A DNA stretch of 64,000 nt from Candidatus Sumerlaeota bacterium (lineage in GTDB: Bacteria > Sumerlaeota > Sumerlaeia > UBA8349): positions 2,124 to 66,123 of the forward strand of contig JAFGFN010000167.1 of NCBI GenBank assembly GCA_016931035.1, in the 5' to 3' direction. A program made the translations under genes and the position numbers. Shown here piece by piece: positions 62,457-64,000 of the stretch. The notes below the pieces were generated by a model that searched no databases, was not told the DNA's origin, and worked only from the letters and a program-made list of their open reading frames with translations. How positions within the stretch are numbered: position 1 is the first letter of the stretch; each line of letters starts with the position of its first letter.

Positions 62457-63819
62457 GGCCGTACTTGCGCACCCGCGCATTCATCCGATCCACCGAAATC
62501 CCGAGAATCTGCGCCGCCCTCTTCTGACTCCACTCCGACCGTTCGAGCGCCTCGACCACCAGGCGCCGCTCGACTTCTTCGAGCGAGATCCCTTCCTCGG
62601 GCAGAGCGATCGGCGACGGGGCGCGACCCTCCAGGCTCACGCCGCACCGCTCGAGGTCCTCGCGCCGGATCGTCTCGGACGACGAGCGGATCGCCAGGCG
62701 CTCGACCACGTTGCGCAGTTCGCGCACGTTGCCCGGCCAATTGTAGGCTCGCAGGACGACCAGACTTTCCTCGTCGAACCCGCGCGGGGCGTTGCGATAC
62801 TTGGCCGAGAACTGGCCGAGAAAAAAGCGGGCCAGAACCGCCACGTCGTCGCGCCGCTCGCGCAGCGGCGGGACATGGATCGGCAAAAGATTGATGCGGT
62901 AGTACAGATCCTCGCGGAATCGCCCCGCGCGAACCTCTTCCTCCAGGGTGCGATGCGTGGCGAACACCAGGCGACACCCGACGTCGATCGTCTGGGTCCC
63001 GCCCAGCCGGTTGATTTTGAGCGTCTCGATCGCCTTGAGGATCTTGGCCTGCGGTCCCGGGGGCATCTCTCCGATTTCGTCCAGAAACAGCGTGCCCCCC
63101 TTGGCCATCTCGAACTTGCCCCGCTTGAGCGAGACCGCGCCGGTGAACGCGCCGCGTTCGTGGCCGAAGAGGTCGGACAACAGCAAGTTTTCGTCGGGTA
63201 GCGCGCCGCAGTTCACGTCGACGAACGGACCGCCCGGGTGCGAGCCCGTGCGGTGCAGCGCGCGCGCGACCAGCTCCTTGCCCACGCCCGTCTCGCCCGT
63301 GACGAGGACGGGCACGTCCTGTCCGGCCAGACGCGAGATTTCCCGTTTGATCTCGCGGATCGCCGCGCTCTCGCCTACGAGATCGCGGAATTCGTCCTGC
63401 CGTTCGAGTTGGCCTCGAAGATAGCGATTCTCGTTGAGGAGCGCGCTCTGTTCGAGGACGTGTTCGAGCCGCACGACGATTTCGGACTTCTCGCTCTCCT
63501 TGGTGATGTAGTCCGCGGCGCCGTCGCGCATCGCTCCGACGGCGGTCTCGATGTCGCGCACCGAGGTCAGGACGACCACGGGCAGGTCGGGATCGAGGTT
63601 CTCGGCGCCCTCCTTGATGCGGCGCAGGATCGCGAGGCCGTCCAGATCGGGTAGGCGGATGTCGGTGACCACGAGATCGAAGTATTCCGAGTGCAGGAGG
63701 CGCATCGCCTCGGCGCCCGTCGCGGCGATTTCGGCGCCGAACCCGGCGGACCGCAGGTTGGCCTGCAATCGGCGCGAGAACGCCTCGTCGTCTTCGATCA
63801 GGAGCAGTTTTCGGGGCAT
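62425..63819 (-). CDS. sigma54-dependent Fis-family response regulator (NtrC-like)
   Basis: The receiver domain has LLLIEDDE...DLVVTDIRLPDLDG. The AAA+ domain has VLVTGETGVGKELVARALH and GAFTGA. The C-terminal HTH is QKRAAQILGISVDRMNARVRKYGL. Confidence 0.92.
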   Translation of the reverse strand: MPRKLLLIEDDEAFSRRLQANLRSAGFGAEIAATGAEAMRLLHSEYFDLVVTDIRLPDLDGLAILRRIKEGAENLDPDLPVVVLTSVRDIETAVGAMRDGAADYITKESEKSEIVVRLEHVLEQSALLNENRYLRGQLERQDEFRDLVGESAAIREIKREISRLAGQDVPVLVTGETGVGKELVARALHRTGSHPGGPFVDVNCGALPDENLLLSDLFGHERGAFTGAVSLKRGKFEMAKGGTLFLDEIGEMPPGPQAKILKAIETLKINRLGGTQTIDVGCRLVFATHRTLEEEVRAGRFREDLYYRINLLPIHVPPLRERRDDVAVLARFFLGQFSAKYRNAPRGFDEESLVVLRAYNWPGNVRELRNVVERLAIRSSSETIRREDLERCGVSLEGRAPSPIALPEEGISLEEVERRLVVEALERSEWSQKRAAQILGISVDRMNARVRKYGLTHPSWRVHR

Positions 63820-63829
63820 GAGCGAGTAT

Positions 63830-64000
63830 TCATTTCTTGAAGAGATCGGAATGCGCGCCCATCCGCTCGAAGACGAGCCGGGGTTTATCGATCTTGTAGA
63901 TGAGCAGCCAATCGGATTCGATGTGACACTCGCGCCGCCCGGCGCAGTTGCCGACGAGCCGGTGATCGCGATGAATCGGGTCGAGGGGCTCGTCGTCGAG
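63830..64000 (-). CDS. YafQ/RelE-superfamily type II toxin, C-terminal part; the gene runs off the right edge
   Basis: My own reverse-strand translation reads ...HRDHRLVGNCAGRRECHIESDWLLIYKIDKPRLVFERMGAHSDLFKK*. This matches the YafQ signature H.L.G...G.RECHI.PDWLLIY......L.L.RTGSHSDLF. Confidence 0.8.
   Translation of the reverse strand, partial: LDDEPLDPIHRDHRLVGNCAGRRECHIESDWLLIYKIDKPRLVFERMGAHSDLFKK

Overview
This is a visibly GC-rich bacterial chromosomal segment. I recognised no rRNA, tRNA, CRISPR array, transposase or integrase.

Layout:
(1) 1-21.8 kb holds envelope and housekeeping genes. These are a truncated carbamoyltransferase, two tandem PL1 pectate lyases, a GT2 glycosyltransferase, tmk, a YiaK/DlgD-like dehydrogenase, a PilZ protein, a DsbA-peroxiredoxin fusion lipoprotein, a MerR regulator, a 764-aa fusion of two futalosine-type radical SAM enzymes, an M48 peptidase, acpS, a TonB-like protein and PBP1A.
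(2) 21.9-35.3 kb is an accessory-looking cell-surface block. It holds a polyprenyl-phosphate sugar transferase followed by a ~1670-aa secreted multi-repeat protein. Next come two overlapping methyltransferases, a ~1170-aa propeller plus Listeria-Bacteroides-repeat protein, a solitary HigA antitoxin and an enolase-superfamily enzyme.
(3) 35.5-39.9 kb holds an LptF/G-like permease and an LptD-like outer-membrane protein.
(4) 39.9-40.7 kb is a 0.8-kb non-coding stretch with a near-consensus sigma70 promoter and dense secondary structure.
(5) 40.7-59.4 kb is tuf followed by a complete, collinear S10-spc-alpha ribosomal superoperon (rpsJ through rplQ, including secY, adk, map, infA, rpmJ, rpoA). 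Several intergenic spacers in it are occupied by GC palindromic repeat elements.
(6) 59.5-64 kb holds a thymidylate-synthase-family gene, a DUF2029/GT87-like membrane protein, a sigma54-dependent response regulator and a truncated YafQ-type toxin.

The gene content (LptD, TonB, PBP1A) indicates a diderm. A PVC/Planctomycetota-like origin is only a guess.

The observations I rate highest are:
- a short shared C-terminal tail (W-[MY]-L-[YH]) on three otherwise unrelated secreted proteins;
- the giant repeat protein, with an unrecognised ~66-aa repeat and a nested module insertion flanked by a 9-bp direct repeat;
- the promoter-driven structured non-coding region upstream of tuf;
- the MqnE/MqnC-like radical SAM fusion;
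- at least two families of dispersed palindromic elements.

All functional calls come from reading translated motifs by eye. No database search was possible.
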